Shown here: piece by piece, positions 62,601 to 64,000 of the stretch
Layout of the letters: every line of letters begins with the position of its first letter
Numbering within the stretch: position 1 is the stretch's first letter
NCBI RefSeq assembly: GCF_964204645.1
Contig: NC_134029.1
Span: forward strand, 4,836,001-4,900,000
Direction of reading: 5' to 3'
DNA length: 64,000 nt
Source of the DNA: Tubulanus polymorphus
Lineage: Eukaryota > Animalia > Nemertea
Position numbers and translations under genes: made by a program
Notes under the pieces: model-generated
What the model was told of the DNA's origin: nothing
Seen by the model: the letters and a program-made list of their open reading frames with translations, nothing else
The model's database searches: none

Positions 62601-64000
62601 TCTCGTATTGAACGCGTACAGACTGAATAATTTCGACACTTCTCCGCATCTTTCGAAGGCTGGTTTACAATACTACAGGACACCGGAAAATAGAGGCCAC
62701 ATATTTCTTATCGGACCTACCGTGGAAGAACTCGAAGTCATGGTAAGGTAAATGGGCTATACGCATGCATCTTAATCGTGTTGAGCAACCCAATATAGCA
62801 TATGGAACTAACTCGATTTTTTTATCTTGACTGTTCTGTTAGCGGTATAAGAAAGTGATGTACTTGTCTATATGAATCATATCACACAAGATATATTTAG
62901 TGTCTTTTTAGTAGTGATATCGCATACAGTTAGCGATCTAATCAATACGCATCACATATCGTTATTTGCCCGCTTTCCTTTTCGAAGGTTTTACAACGTA
63001 ATCGACCGATCGTGATCAACTACGAATATTGGTGGTCCTCCCAAGCCGCGAGCAGACGTGGCCATCCGATGATGAACAAGACGCCGGCTCCAGGAGAAGT
63101 AAAACCCACGTCGACGGTGACGGTCATAAACAATTCGGATAAATCCGAAAAAAGAAAACGTAAGAAGCCTCGTGATAATACGACGAACAGACGTCAAAAG
63201 GATGGAGGATTTGTAAAAAACAGTAACAACGACGATAGAAAACAGGGAAAGTCAGACCGACGAAACTGTCCACCTAAGTCAGGTTAATATTTCATTTCAT
63301 TGTGAATGAAATCTCCCGAAAACTGGATTTACCTTTTCAACTTTATAATTTGTAGGTCGTCGTAACTCGCGCAGGAATGGTAATAGAACACACGCTAAAC
63401 ATCAGTATTGTAAGAGCGATTTTGGTAGGTTCAACCTGTAATGAAAACCGTTTATTCGTCATCAAACATCAGGTCGAAATCAATATTCGCATTTTATCGA
63501 ATCGAATCGATCATGGCAATCGATTGATCGTAGCCCGGTTAGCTCAGTCGGTAGAGCATCAGGCTTTTAACCTGAGGGTCCTGGGTTCGAGTCCCATACC
63601 GGGCGTTTCACTATTTTTTACTATTTTTTATTTTATGCTTCTATTGTTCTAACTAATGGAATCCGAATGCCTTGGAATTCGTTCGTTGACTTAGCCGTGT
63701 GTTTCAAAAGGCTCCTGGTTGACTACCATTTGGCATTTCTTTTGCAGTCATCAAAGTGACAGTAATGACGAGGACAACGAATGGAGCTTTGTATCGATAT
63801 ATAGTGATAGTAAGGCAGATATTTCGAACACGGGTACAACTGACGCGTCAAATGTTCATCTGGAGCGATGCTACATCGTGCGATGTGCCGTACATGCACG
63901 AGAGTAAAGACTACATCATCATGGGCACGTCCCGCCCAGACACCAGCAAACGACGCGGTATATTTCTATTACAAAAAAGTGATTACGCCAAGAAATGGAC
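59622..64000 (+). CDS. ADAMTSL5: ADAMTS-like protein (TSP1, Cys-rich, spacer, NTR/C345C domains; ADAMTSL5 architecture), 3' partial
   Basis: Exons: 59622-59672 (MDRADYCGFLTLVLIIQ), 60898-61080 (WGAWNPWSGCSRTCGAG), 61180-61288, 61405-61532 (DGTVC..VCINAMC), 61842-61962 (VGCDG..DKCLVCGG), 62373-62456 (IPAGSTNV), 62579-62742 (GPTVEELEVM), 62988-63282, 63356-63424 (YCKSDF), 63748 to window end (VIKVTV...DYIIMG...KW). No metalloprotease domain. Confidence 0.88.
60140..60173. repeat. Perfect hairpin (15-bp stem, 4-nt loop) in ADAMTSL intron 1
   Basis: gttaccctttcaagt-taac-acttgaaagggtaac. Confidence 0.85.
63533..63605 (+). tRNA. trnK-UUU: tRNA-Lys (anticodon UUU), intronic in the ADAMTSL gene
   Basis: 73-nt cloverleaf: acceptor stem GCCCGGT/ACCGGGC, D-arm GCTCAGTCGGTAGAGC, anticodon arm TCAGG-CTTTTAA-CCTGA, T-loop TTCGAGT, downstream T-tract terminator. 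One T-stem mismatch (C49:U65). Confidence 0.95.

Overview
Eukaryotic DNA from a bilaterian invertebrate, most likely a lophotrochozoan (inferred from the protein families; the species cannot be determined from sequence alone). Genes have spliceosomal introns, and exon structures were reconstructed by hand from splice sites and reading frame. Bases 1-17 kb are an apparently non-coding intron leading into the last four coding exons of a cation-type nicotinic acetylcholine receptor alpha subunit (+). Next come two tandem, intronless, divergent SLC18/VMAT-like MFS transporters (-), one with a 7x15-aa acidic tail repeat. They are followed by a secreted 4-Ig-domain gene (-), a small orphan secreted-protein gene with a GC-AG intron (+), an intronless class A GPCR (-), a complete 18-exon AMPA-type glutamate receptor (-), a small ORF with an N-myristoylation motif (+), and an ADAMTSL5-like gene (+) that runs off the window and carries an intronic tRNA-Lys(UUU). 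Harbinger-type MITEs, a Penelope/hammerhead-like remnant and microsatellites are also present. The most notable observation is that both SLC18-like paralogs lack the acidic residues VMAT/VAChT use for amine binding and proton antiport and carry new charged residues, suggesting an uncharacterised vesicular transporter with a different substrate.
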